From NCBI GenBank assembly GCA_041658225.1, contig JBBAAN010000003.1, positions 18,969 to 82,968 on the forward strand: a stretch of 64,000 nt of DNA. The letters run 5' to 3'. Position numbers and translations under genes: made by a program. Below the pieces are notes generated by a model. It was given only the letters and a program-made list of their open reading frames with translations. It did not search any database and was not told the origin of the DNA. This stretch comes from Actinomycetota bacterium (lineage in GTDB: Bacteria; Actinomycetota; CALGFH01; JBBAAN01). The stretch's first letter is position 1. Every line of letters begins with the position of its first letter. Shown here piece by piece: positions 37,070 through 46,947 of the stretch.

Positions 37070-38251
37070 TCAGCTCCCGGCCAACCGCACGCGCTTGAGG
37101 GCCAAGTGGACCGCGAGCCTCTTGTCGGGCGAATCGAGGGAAGAGCCAAGCAACCCGCGGATCCAGCGGAGCCGGTAGCGGACCGTCTGCTCGTGCAGGT
37201 ACAGACAGCGAGCTGCCTCGGCCACGCTGCCGTTGTTGTCCAGGAGCGCCTCCAGCGTCTCCTCGCACACCCCTCGCTTGGCTGGGGTCAGGTTCCGCAG
37301 GGGACCGAGCACTTCTTCCGCCAACTCCTCGGCAGACGCCGATCCGAGCAGAAAGCGCTCCAGCCATACGTCTTCGAAGCGGACACTCTCTCGCGTCTGC
37401 CGGATCGCCATGGCCAGCGCCTCTCGAGCTTCGCTGTAGCTCGCGCCGACCCCCAAGGGGCCCGCGTGTGGGCGTCCGATGCCGACGAGCGCCCCGGGTA
37501 CGGGGCCTTGAAGATTGTCGGCCACTCCTCGTGCGTCCAACACCACCAGTACACGTCCCTCGGTGGGTGCTACCAGGACCGGCCCGGCTGCCGCGAAGAT
37601 TCTCCTCATTCGCGACACCAGATCAGCGAGGGCGTCTAAGGGGTGGGAATCTTGTTCTCGGGGCTTTGCGAGCAGAGCCTGCCAGGTTCCTGCCATGGGT
37701 ACGTCCAGTATTCGCGAGATCCGGCTTGCTTCCTCCAGGCGCGGCGGGCTGGCTATGAGGGCATCGATCAGTGCGCGCTCCGCATCTCCCAGGCGCTCGC
37801 CGCGCTGTTTCTCCGCCTCCAACATGCTGTGTGTCAGCGCGGTGCTCAGGTCGTTCAGATACTGGATGCCGACCGGTACCGCTTCCAACGGGAACCGGCG
37901 GTCCAGACGTCGGTGGAGCAGAGCGAGGCTGCCGAAACTCCGCCAGAAGACCTCAGCGGCGATCCGGTAGGCCTGAAGCGTTTCCTCGAGGGTGATCCCG
38001 GTCTCCGGGGGCGGGATCCCGATCGTGGCCAGTCGGTCGATCTCCTCGGCACTCGCGCGGCGGGACTCTCGCCATAGCTGCACTAACTTCAGGTAGGTGC
38101 GCGTGACCACTGCCTCGACACCCGTCCAGATCGGCGGACCCGCCCGGCGATAGCCGTCGATGTCTCGCGCTATCTCCTCCGTGGACTCTCGCGCAATCGA
38201 GGCCGCGAGCCCACAGAGCTCATCGAGGAAGTGTGTCCTGGCATCGTTCAT
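37070..38251 (-). CDS. PucR/CdaR-family transcriptional regulator
   Basis: C-terminal HTH ...SVAEAARCLYLHEQTVRYRLRWIRGLLG...; probable start MNDARTHF at 38251. Confidence 0.7.
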   Translation of the reverse strand: MNDARTHFLDELCGLAASIARESTEEIARDIDGYRRAGPPIWTGVEAVVTRTYLKLVQLWRESRRASAEEIDRLATIGIPPPETGITLEETLQAYRIAAEVFWRSFGSLALLHRRLDRRFPLEAVPVGIQYLNDLSTALTHSMLEAEKQRGERLGDAERALIDALIASPPRLEEASRISRILDVPMAGTWQALLAKPREQDSHPLDALADLVSRMRRIFAAAGPVLVAPTEGRVLVVLDARGVADNLQGPVPGALVGIGRPHAGPLGVGASYSEAREALAMAIRQTRESVRFEDVWLERFLLGSASAEELAEEVLGPLRNLTPAKRGVCEETLEALLDNNGSVAEAARCLYLHEQTVRYRLRWIRGLLGSSLDSPDKRLAVHLALKRVRLAGS

Positions 38252-38435
38252 CGTGTCTCTATAGTACCGTGGCCGGACTAAACGCGAATGCAACGCCGAG
38301 CTGGTTTCAACCTTGTAGCTTTCCCACAATCCCGGATCTATGAATTGCTAGCAGGGCGACAGAGGGCCGGCAGGCGGTGTCGGCGAATCTAACCAGGGAT
38401 GGCCGCGGAGGCGTCCTCTTGAAGGGAGAAACGCG

Positions 38436-40241
38436 ATGCGCGCACGAATGGCCGCCTGGCTCGGGGGTCCAGAGGTGCGAGGGAAAGGGCAGGCTGCGAG
38501 GCGAGTCCGTGTGAGCCAGCACAAGAGTCGACGAGGCGTTCCTCGCATCCCGCTCGTGCTCATGGCGGTTGCCGTCGCCTCGACGCTGGCCGTGTCAGCC
38601 GGCGCCGACTCGGGCGGGCCGCCGCCGGACCCCGCACCCGGTAGCACCGAATGGCAAGCGCGAGACACGCAGAACATGCTCGACGCGACAGGCCGTCTGC
38701 AAGATCAGTACACCAATCCGGCGTTCCACAAGGAGAACGCCTCCAACATCCCGGGGGCCTACGGTGAGAACCTCAGCCGCCAGCTTGCCGATCCCACTCG
38801 CCCGACCGTTTCGCTCGGGCAGTCGCTCCCGGGCGCCAGAACCGCGGATCCGTTCAGGATCGACTGGCAGGAGCAGGGTCGCGGGATCCGCTACGACTTC
38901 ACGTTCCTCAACCGCTACGGCGCGAGACTTGCGGGGATCTTGTGGGCGCCGAACCCGGACGCCCCGAACCCCCTCACCGGCAAGCCGATGCATGCGCCCT
39001 ATCCCGCAGTGGTTATCACGGATGGATCGATCCAGGCGTACCAGGAACTGTACTTCTGGGCGGCTCAAGGTCTCGCGGAGGCCGGCTATCTGGTGATGAC
39101 GTTCGACCCACAAGGCCAGGGCGAGTCCGAGGTCTTCGGGCACGACTCGAAGGGCAACATCTGGTGCGACGGCCTCTCGTCCGAGACGCCCCCTCAGGCG
39201 CCGCCCTCCGGCGCCGAGCAGAACCCCTCGTGTCCCGGGTTCCCGTTCCAGCAGACGGCGAACTTCGTATATGGAACGGAAGATGCTCTGGGCTTCTTCT
39301 TCTCGACACGTAGCGCACCGTACCACTGGTACCGTCCTGACACGGGCACGCTTGCCTACAACCCCTGGGCGGCCCTGATCGACCGTGAGCACGTTGGGAT
39401 CGCCGGTCACTCGCTGGGCGCCGGTGCGGTTTCGATCATTCAGGCCTACGACAGGCGTGTCCAGGCCGTCGTTGCGTGGGACAACTTGTCGACCGGGGAG
39501 CCTGCCTCCGATGGCGGCGGGGGCGCCCCCCCCAGCCTTGCCCCATGGAGCGTGACGTCACGCGTGCCGGCGCTGGGTATTACCGCCGACTATGGGTTCA
39601 ACGTGCAGCAGACCTCCTCGCAGCCAGCGCCCAAGGACGGCGGATTCCAGAAGTGGAAGAAGGCCGGCATCGACACGATGGAAGTCTCGCTGGTTCACTC
39701 GACCCATCTCGACTTCAGCTACATACCGTTCATCTTGCCGGCGTCCAAGGACGGAGAGCGCGTCGCCTTCCACTACACCCTCGCCTGGTTCGACCGGTAT
39801 CTCAAAGGGGTGACTGACCCGACTCAGCGTGCCGACGCCACGCGCCGGCTGACCGCGGGAGTCTTCGACGCGAGCGCCGACACCAGCGCTATCGGCGCCG
39901 GAGCCTGGGATGTGGCGACCAACAGCAACGTGCCCTACAAGATCGCGGGTGACCCCGTCTGGGAGCATCTGTCCTTCTACCAGCCAAGCGAGTACTGGCT
40001 GGACAAAGGCAAACTGGCCTGCACGGACATGCGTCGGGACACCTCATGTGCCGCGAGAGCGTCAAAGGCCCAGGGTTCCACCAGCGTTCTCGGCGCCAGG
40101 TCACGGGCGATGGTCGGGGTCCTGCCCGCCACCGGCCCCCGCCTGCCAGCCGGCCTGCCCCTCGGACTCCTTGCGCTCGGCCTCGCGGCGATTCTCAGGC
40201 GGTTCCTCGTGGGGCCGAAAGCCGTGGGGCTCCACCAGTAG
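38436..40241 (+). CDS. Secreted alpha/beta-hydrolase (esterase/lipase-like) with C-terminal LPATG sortase signal
   Basis: N-terminal signal/TM; GHSLGAG nucleophile elbow. C-terminus ends LPATGPRLPAGLPLGLLALGLAAILRRFL. Confidence 0.75.
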   Translation: MRARMAAWLGGPEVRGKGQAARRVRVSQHKSRRGVPRIPLVLMAVAVASTLAVSAGADSGGPPPDPAPGSTEWQARDTQNMLDATGRLQDQYTNPAFHKENASNIPGAYGENLSRQLADPTRPTVSLGQSLPGARTADPFRIDWQEQGRGIRYDFTFLNRYGARLAGILWAPNPDAPNPLTGKPMHAPYPAVVITDGSIQAYQELYFWAAQGLAEAGYLVMTFDPQGQGESEVFGHDSKGNIWCDGLSSETPPQAPPSGAEQNPSCPGFPFQQTANFVYGTEDALGFFFSTRSAPYHWYRPDTGTLAYNPWAALIDREHVGIAGHSLGAGAVSIIQAYDRRVQAVVAWDNLSTGEPASDGGGGAPPSLAPWSVTSRVPALGITADYGFNVQQTSSQPAPKDGGFQKWKKAGIDTMEVSLVHSTHLDFSYIPFILPASKDGERVAFHYTLAWFDRYLKGVTDPTQRADATRRLTAGVFDASADTSAIGAGAWDVATNSNVPYKIAGDPVWEHLSFYQPSEYWLDKGKLACTDMRRDTSCAARASKAQGSTSVLGARSRAMVGVLPATGPRLPAGLPLGLLALGLAAILRRFLVGPKAVGLHQ

Positions 40242-40287
40242 AGCTGAGGGACAGCTCAGACTCGCATGGGGACATAGAAACCCGAAG

Positions 40288-40308
40288 CCACCACTGAGCT
40301 ACGGGCCC
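40288..40308 (-). repeat. Third, shorter tRNA 5'-end fragment (GGGCCCGUAGCUCAGUGGUGG), with upstream sequence homologous to that of the other two copies
   Basis: The first 15 nt are identical to the tRNA-Met 5' end and the rest cannot fold. Upstream, cactatcgctcgtgag resembles cactatgcctgctcag of copy 2 and cattatgcctgcccag of copy 1. Confidence 0.35.
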
Positions 40309-40588
40309 GCAGGGCGCACTATCGCTCGTGAGCCAGCTTCTCTGCTATGCCACTCCCTCCGCGGCCCCACCCCGCACGGCCGCGCTGTGGCGACGGAAGC
40401 CCCCCTTTGGGTTCTCCCCTCGATTCTTGCTGGCATCAGAAGGCGGAGATAGCATGCGTTCGTCGTTCGTCGAGGCAAGGCTCGGATCCCGCCTGGCCTG
40501 AAACCGACCGGCAGTGATCAGCAGCGACACGGGAAGCGGCTTCATATGCCGACCTCCCGATCCGCATTGACCATGGAGTCCGAACAAC

Positions 40589-41353
40589 GTGAACCCGCCC
40601 GGGCCATCCGCCGGAACGCGCCCCAAGGTCATCGTGGTGATGCCCGCATACAACGCCGCCAAGACGCTTCAGCGCACTCACGCAGAAATCCCGCCGGACG
40701 TGGTGGACGAGGTAATCCTCGTTGACGACGGCAGCAGCGACGAGACCGCGGAAGTCGCACGGAAGCTGCGGTTGCACGTGATTCGCCACCCCCACAACGT
40801 GGGCTACGGAGGCAACCAGCGTACGTGCTACATGGAGGCGCTTCGCCGCGGGGCGGACGTGGTGGTGATGCTTCACCCCGACGGGCAGTACGACCCTTCG
40901 GTCCTTGGGGATCTCGTAGCTCCCATCGCGGACGGGCAGGCCGACTTCGTGATCGGCTCTCGGATGAAGATCAAGGGGGGCGCTCGTCAGGGCGGCATGC
41001 CCCGGTACAAGTTCCTGGCCAACAAGTTCCTCACTTTCGTGGAGAACTTGGTTCTGGGCACCAGACTCTCCGAGTTCCACAGTGGCTACCGGGCTTTCAG
41101 TCGCCGTCTGCTCGAGACGGTGCCTTTCCTTCGCAACTCCAACGGCTTCGTGTTCGACCAGCAGATAGTCGCCCAGGCGGTGGCGTTCGGCTTCCGCATT
41201 CACGAGGTGCCGATCCGGACCCGCTACTTCCCTGAGGCTTCCTCAGCGAGCTTCGGCCAGAGCATGGTCTACGGGCTGGGGACTATCTGGACGATGTGGC
41301 GCTATCTGCTGCACCGGCTACGGCTCTGGCGCTCACCCCTGTTCTCGCCCTGA
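40589..41353 (+). CDS. GT2 glycosyltransferase, polyprenol-phosphate mannose/glucose synthase-like (DPM1/Ppm1-type)
   Basis: VIVVMPAYNAAKTL...VILVDDGSSDETAEV...DGQ motifs; GTG start in the track. Confidence 0.85.
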   Translation: MNPPGPSAGTRPKVIVVMPAYNAAKTLQRTHAEIPPDVVDEVILVDDGSSDETAEVARKLRLHVIRHPHNVGYGGNQRTCYMEALRRGADVVVMLHPDGQYDPSVLGDLVAPIADGQADFVIGSRMKIKGGARQGGMPRYKFLANKFLTFVENLVLGTRLSEFHSGYRAFSRRLLETVPFLRNSNGFVFDQQIVAQAVAFGFRIHEVPIRTRYFPEASSASFGQSMVYGLGTIWTMWRYLLHRLRLWRSPLFSP

Positions 41354-41447
41354 TCCGCACGCCCGCGGCTTGACCGGCTTCCGGCCCTGCCGCCCCTTGC
41401 CGCCCCCGCCGCAACGCACACGCGGCCGGTTATCCATCGCCGCGAGG

Positions 41448-42602
41448 CTACACGGCAGACGACGTGGCGTATTCCTGCGGAGAGCCAACCGCCGGGCTCT
41501 TCTCGCTTGCCAGAGCCAGAGGCAAGAGAACCAGGAGCGGCGCGAGTATCCGCCAGAGGTCCTTGGGGTATAGAAGCGCCCACCAGTCCAGCAGAGTGAA
41601 AAGCGCGGCGAAAGCCAGGAACACCGTGCCCGCAAGGCTCGGGTGGCGCAACGCCCGCACCACCCCAAGCGCACTCAAGGCAAGCAGCGCGGCAAGCAAG
41701 GGAATCTGGCCGAAGGCCAACTGCATCTGGTCCGGAGAGCCGAAGGCGTGGTCGGCGGCCATCCGCAACGTGCGCAAGATCCCAACGAATGGAGGGGCGA
41801 GACTGAAGCCTCCCTGCAACGCGGTTCCCGGAATGCGAGTCCGCAGGTACTGACTCCACACGGCGGGAACGAAGAAGGGCAGCAGGTAGGGTAGCAAGCG
41901 GTGCATCGGCCAGGCATTCCGGCGCTGCCATAGGTGATAGACCAGCAGCGCCAGGGCAACCAACACGAAGATCTCCTTGGTGAGCGAGGCCCCCGCCAGC
42001 CACAGCGCCGATGCCACGGGTCGCCCGCGCCTGTAGGCCAAGAGCCCCCAAACGCAAAACGCCATCGCCAGTGCCTCGCTGGTGTCCAGCGCGACCGCCG
42101 CTATGAGACCTGGAGACAACCCATAGACAACGGCCCACCGCGCGCGGCGGCCCTCTGCTTCCAGGAACCGCGCGGCGCCATAGGTGCCCATGAGCACGGC
42201 CAGCAAGTTGACGACAATCATCGTCCAGGCGATCAGGCCCGGACGTCCGAGAGCCAGAATCCAGGACAGAAACGGATAGCCCGCATGCTGGTAGCGGTAG
42301 GCCGGGAGTTCAAGAATCCCGGGGACTTGTCCCCTGGCAAGCGGGTCGTGGGCCACAGCGTAGAAGAACGCCCCATCGTAGTGGGCCGGGGCATCGACCT
42401 CGACGGTGCCTTCTCTCCAGGTAGTTGCCAGCCTTGTCAGCGCCTCTCCCCGTCCCAGGCGAACCAGGGCAGTCGGCTCCCACCGCGCACGGGAAAGAAT
42501 CCCCCCCCACGACGCAGAGGTTCACGACGAGCGCCAGCGCGGCGGCAACCAACGCCGCCAAGACCGACGACCGAGACTTCGCCTGGGATCTCATTGCCGG
42601 CA
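41448..42602 (-). pseudogene. Polytopic membrane protein (GT-C/DUF2029-like glycosyltransferase candidate) split by a frameshift at an 8-G homopolymer (42500-42507)
   Basis: N-terminal piece MPAMRSQAKSRSSVLAALVAAALALVVNLCVVGG (42310..42735 ORF frame, RBS GAAGG). The frame is lost exactly at the G8 run. The downstream frame is closed by a TGA 5 codons before the run, then reads ...ILSRARWEPTALVRLGRGEALTRLATTWREGTVEVDAPAHYDGAFFYAVAHDPLARGQ... continuously into ORF 41448..42356. A 9-G run would give one roughly 385-aa protein. Confidence 0.5.
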
Positions 42603-42658
42603 TGTTACCTTCGCATGCGGTGGAAAGAGGGCTGCGCGGCCCCCCGGGGCCGGACTCG

Positions 42659-44089
42659 TCAGAAGGAGCTTCTGAAGCCTCCGACCTGGTTCCAGTGGTC
42701 CCCGGCGATGCGGTACTCCGCGACATAGTTCGCACCCACCCGAACGCCAGGGCCGAAGCGCAGCGGACACCACGTCTGCGGCGCGATGTTCAAGGACTGA
42801 AAAGCTGACCGGAAGGTCTTGTAGCCGAGGTCCGAGCCGGCTGCCAGGAGCGCGGCGTGCATGACCTCGCCCACCCCCCAGCCGACCAGGCCGATGTCGT
42901 CGGGTTGATCGTTGGGGTCGGTGTAGGTCTCCCGGTAGGCGGCCTTGTAGGTGTTGGCTGCGGGGTTGGACAGCGCAACCCAGGCGGAGAACGCCCTTGC
43001 GCCCTTCAGGGCTCCGTTCGCGTTGCCTACTTGGGCGACCGTGTTGAAGCCCCAAGAGATGGAGTTGCCGAACCACACCGGGTCGTAGGAGACCGCGTGG
43101 CTTTGCTGGGCGAGCTTGATGAGCGGGGTGGGCGCACCGTAGTACCAGACCACCTGGGCGTCGGCCTTCTCTAGATTGAGCACCGTCTGGGAGAAATCGT
43201 TGTCGTCCCCCTTTACCCTCTCCTCAGCCACGAGATGGATGCCCTTCTCGGCCAGCCGCGCCTTGAGGGCCTCGACCGCCGGGATCAGATCGGGCACGTC
43301 TTCGCGGACGTAGGCGTACTTCTTGCCCGCCAGGTCGCCGTTGGTCCAGTAGTCGGCGATGAGCTTCCCCTGCATCCGGTGGTCGACGCTGATAGTGAAG
43401 CTGTTGGTCTGGTCGGGCGCGGCGGCGGAGACCGAGGCCTCCACCAGGACATGCGGCATCCCCTTGTCGTTGAGGAACTTGGCGATGGGTCCCTCCACGC
43501 CCGCACGGTCGAAGACTACGAAGGTGAAGGCACCTTGGTTGATGCATTCGCGGGCCGCGGACAAACCCGTGTCCACCTTGGAGTCGGTGTTCCCGACCAT
43601 GAGGGCGACATTGCGCCCATGGATCGTCCGGCCCTTGTCCTTGAGGTACTTCCAGTACAGGTTGGCGCCCTTGTCCCAACTGGTCGGGATCGGGGCAGCA
43701 CCGGTCAAGGCCACCAGGTAGCAGAGCTTGATCTCAGTGTCGCTCACCCCCGGGTGGGGGCCCGGATCGATCTTGGCGCTGCCGGTCCCGGAGCCTCCGA
43801 AGCCGCTGGGGCGAGGGGTCGAGACCCGGCCGGAAGCCTCCGAGGACCCCCCACCGGTGCCGGGTGAGAGAGTCCCCTCGGCGCCAAAGGAAACCCCTTC
43901 CCCGACCCAGGTGGTTTCCCCCGGGGTCCCCTCGGCAGCGGCAACTCGTTGCTCACCTTGGTCGGCTCGCAGTTCCTGTTCGGCCGGCCACCGCGCGCCG
44001 CAAGCCGGTCCCAGCAACGTCAGTGCCGCCGCCGCGCTTGCCCACCGAAGGGGAAAACCGATCCCGCGACTCCGCGCCCCACCGCGCAC
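42659..44089 (-). CDS. ABC-transporter substrate-binding protein (Leu/Ile/Val-binding, Peripla_BP_6-like) with signal peptide and Gly/Ser-rich linker
   Basis: 476 aa; the N-terminal hydrophobic segment has a Cys; the body resembles LivJ-type solute-binding proteins. Confidence 0.75.
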   Translation of the reverse strand: MRGGARSRGIGFPLRWASAAAALTLLGPACGARWPAEQELRADQGEQRVAAAEGTPGETTWVGEGVSFGAEGTLSPGTGGGSSEASGRVSTPRPSGFGGSGTGSAKIDPGPHPGVSDTEIKLCYLVALTGAAPIPTSWDKGANLYWKYLKDKGRTIHGRNVALMVGNTDSKVDTGLSAARECINQGAFTFVVFDRAGVEGPIAKFLNDKGMPHVLVEASVSAAAPDQTNSFTISVDHRMQGKLIADYWTNGDLAGKKYAYVREDVPDLIPAVEALKARLAEKGIHLVAEERVKGDDNDFSQTVLNLEKADAQVVWYYGAPTPLIKLAQQSHAVSYDPVWFGNSISWGFNTVAQVGNANGALKGARAFSAWVALSNPAANTYKAAYRETYTDPNDQPDDIGLVGWGVGEVMHAALLAAGSDLGYKTFRSAFQSLNIAPQTWCPLRFGPGVRVGANYVAEYRIAGDHWNQVGGFRSSF

Positions 44090-44328
44090 CTCTTACCCCC
44101 CTCGCCCCGAGACAGCCCCAACGAACCCGGCCCGCTCGCCACCCGCCCCAGGTCGCTATCCGCGAACGCCGGCAATCAGCAGGTGTCGCTGCGCGACGCA
44201 CGTAAGCTAGCACGTGGCTTTGCCCCCGTACATGAAGCGCCGCCCGGGGTCACCATGGCCTATCCGATGACACCGAAACCATCGCCGCTTGACAACAACC
44301 ACACCCGGGATGTCTAGTCCCGAACACC

Positions 44329-45513
44329 ATGTGCGACACGATGATTGTTGTCTCTCCCGAGCGGGTGCTCTTCGCCAAGAACTCGGATCGAGATGCCAAC
44401 GAGGCGCAGTTGCTCGACTGGCAGCCTCGGGGCACACACGCGCCGGGAGCGACGCTGCGGTGTACCTGGATCGAGATCCCGCAGGTCCCGGAGACCAACG
44501 CGGTACTACTCAGCCGACCCTTCTGGATGTGGGGGGCCGAGATGGGCGCGAACGAGCACGGCGTGGTCATCGGCAACGAGGCCGTCTTCACCAACCAGCC
44601 GTATACCAAGACGGGTCTCACCGGGATGGATTTGCTTCGTCTCGCGCTCGAGCGCGCGGCTACGGCCAGCGCCGCCGTCGAGACGATCACCGACCTGCTC
44701 GCCCGGTTCGGGCAGGGTGGCGGGTGCGGGTTCGAACACCCTCGCTTCACCTACCACAACAGCTTCCTCATCGCGGACCCCCGAGAGGCGTACGTGCTGG
44801 AGACCGCGGGAAGGCTGTGGGCGGTCGAGCGAGTCACGCAGGGGGCCAGAAGCATCTCCAACGGCCTGACGATCCCCGGCTTTGCCGAACAGCACTCCGA
44901 TTTCCTCAAGACAAAAGTCTCGGCCTGCAGGGCCAGACAGGCGCTCACCCAGCGCCGTGCCGAGGTGGCCAAGAGCGCCGGCGATCTGATGGCGATACTG
45001 CGTGACCACGGTGATGGAGGACCGCGCTACTCGTGGGTCAACGGAGCCCTGTCGGCTCCGTGCGTACACGCCGGAGGAATCGCCACCGGGTCGCAGTCGG
45101 TGGCTTCCTGGGTGGCCGATCTCACCCCAGCCGGCGTCCGTCACTGGGTGACCGGCACCTCAGCCCCGTGCACCGGCCTGTTCAAACCCGTGGAGGTTGG
45201 CCGCCCCCTGGACCTTGGCCCCGAGCCCACCGGCGTGGCCGATCCGGCGTCACTGTGGTGGCGGCACGAGCGACTGCACCGCCGGGCCCTGCGTGACCCG
45301 GAACGTCTGCTCCCGCTGTTCACCCCCGACCGCGACGCGATAGAACGGCGCTGGCTCGCCGATCCGCCGGAACCCCCGGAAGCCTTTCGCGTAGCCGACG
45401 GGTTGCTCGCCGAGTGGACGGACCGTTTGACACTCGTCCCCGATCGCCGCCCCTCCTACGTCCGCCGCTACTGGAAGGCCAGGAACCGCTCGGCGGGGAT
45501 GATTCTCCTCTGA
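44329..45513 (+). CDS. C69-family dipeptidase (Ntn-hydrolase; Cys2 nucleophile)
   Basis: MCDTMIV... N-terminus with Cys directly after Met; 394 aa. A possible leaderless promoter lies upstream (TTGACA at 44287; ATG about 12 nt past a TCTAGT -10). Confidence 0.8.
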   Translation: MCDTMIVVSPERVLFAKNSDRDANEAQLLDWQPRGTHAPGATLRCTWIEIPQVPETNAVLLSRPFWMWGAEMGANEHGVVIGNEAVFTNQPYTKTGLTGMDLLRLALERAATASAAVETITDLLARFGQGGGCGFEHPRFTYHNSFLIADPREAYVLETAGRLWAVERVTQGARSISNGLTIPGFAEQHSDFLKTKVSACRARQALTQRRAEVAKSAGDLMAILRDHGDGGPRYSWVNGALSAPCVHAGGIATGSQSVASWVADLTPAGVRHWVTGTSAPCTGLFKPVEVGRPLDLGPEPTGVADPASLWWRHERLHRRALRDPERLLPLFTPDRDAIERRWLADPPEPPEAFRVADGLLAEWTDRLTLVPDRRPSYVRRYWKARNRSAGMILL

Positions 45514-45937
45514 ACCCGGGGCCCGGGTGACGCTCCGCCGAACTGGTGTTCCGGGTGTTCCGGTGCGAGAGCGCCGAGGTCAACGGCGTGCCAGTCCCGC
45601 AGGCCGAGTGCTACGCCGACAAGTACATTGGCCTGCACGTCACGCCGATCAATGGCGGAAAGAGCCACACCCAGACCGGCAATGAGTCCCGGGCCCACTC
45701 GGCCGCGCCCGGCCGCGGCGTTGAAGGCCGACCGCACCAACCCCGCCGCTCAGAACTTCGACAAGAGGGTGAAGGGGCGAGCAGCCGCGACCCGAGCGCA
45801 AGAACTCGGCGATCCGCCCGTTGTACACGGAAAGGTGGTTGCGGGATCCGGGATCCGACGACCAGCGAGAGCCAGGAAGAAGACGGTAAAATGAATGCCA
45901 TCTTCCAGCCAGTTCCTCTTCACGAAAGGAAGACCAG

Positions 45938-46808
45938 CGTGCTCCATTCTCCGGGTATGAGACTCGTGCGCGGCATCACGGCCGTGGTGACCCTCCTCCT
46001 GGTACCGCTGCTTGTCATGACGACCTCTCCGGCCGCGGTTGCGGACCCTGCCTGGGCTCCGGCGGGGGCGGCCACCATCCATCCGGGCGTCCAGACGTTC
46101 AGCCTGCCGCCCGGCGGGAACCAGTGCACGGCCAACTTTATCTTCGCCGACGGCACCGAGGTCTATATCGGTCAAGCCGCTCACTGCTCGGGTACGGGCG
46201 GCAACACGGCCACCGACGGCTGCACCTCGCCGTCCCTGCCGCTCGGCAGCCAGGTGAAGGTCGAGGGTGCGTCCCGGCCGGGCGTGATGGTCTACAACTC
46301 CTGGCTCACCATGCAGGCGCTCAACGAAACGGACTCCGACACTTGCAGGTTCAACGATCTTGCCCTGGTCCGGGTCGATCCCGCCGACGTGGCCCGAGTG
46401 AATCCCTCGATCCCGTTCTGGGGCGGGCCCATGGGGCTGAACTCCGCCGGGACCACGCTCGGCCAGTTCGTCTACAGCTACGGCAACTCCGAGCTGAGGC
46501 TGGGAATCAGCCAGCTCAGCCCTAAGAAGGGAATCAGCCTCGGCGACGCCGGATCCGGATGGAGCCATAACGTCTCGACTGTGACGCCGGGAGTTCCGGG
46601 CGACTCGGGCAGCTGCTTCCTCGACACCGCCGGCAACGCCCTCGGCGTCGTGAGCACGCTCAACGTCGGCCTTCCCGGAGGGGTCTTCAACGGAATCGGC
46701 GACCTGTCCAGGGAGCTCGCCTACATGCACGCCCACACGTCGCTAACCGGCGTGCACCTCGTGCTGGGGGACGTGCCGTTCAACGGCAACCGACTGCCCG
46801 TCGGGTAG
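45938..46808 (+). CDS. Secreted trypsin/chymotrypsin-like serine protease (S1 family)
   Basis: GTG start preceded by an AAAGGAAG RBS; signal peptide MRLVRGITAVVTLLLVPLLVMTTSPAAVA; catalytic GVPGDSGSCFLD; AAHC histidine region. Confidence 0.8.
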
Positions 46809-46947
46809 AGTTCCCTCCTGCCGCGGCTCTTGCCTGGATATCAGCCGGACAGGCGGCGCGAAGGTGCTGCTGATTGTGCCGGCCCGTTGAGAAGCGAGGT
46901 CGCACTGTGTTCCGCACCGTCTTCCCCTGGGCGGCCTAGCTGACGCC

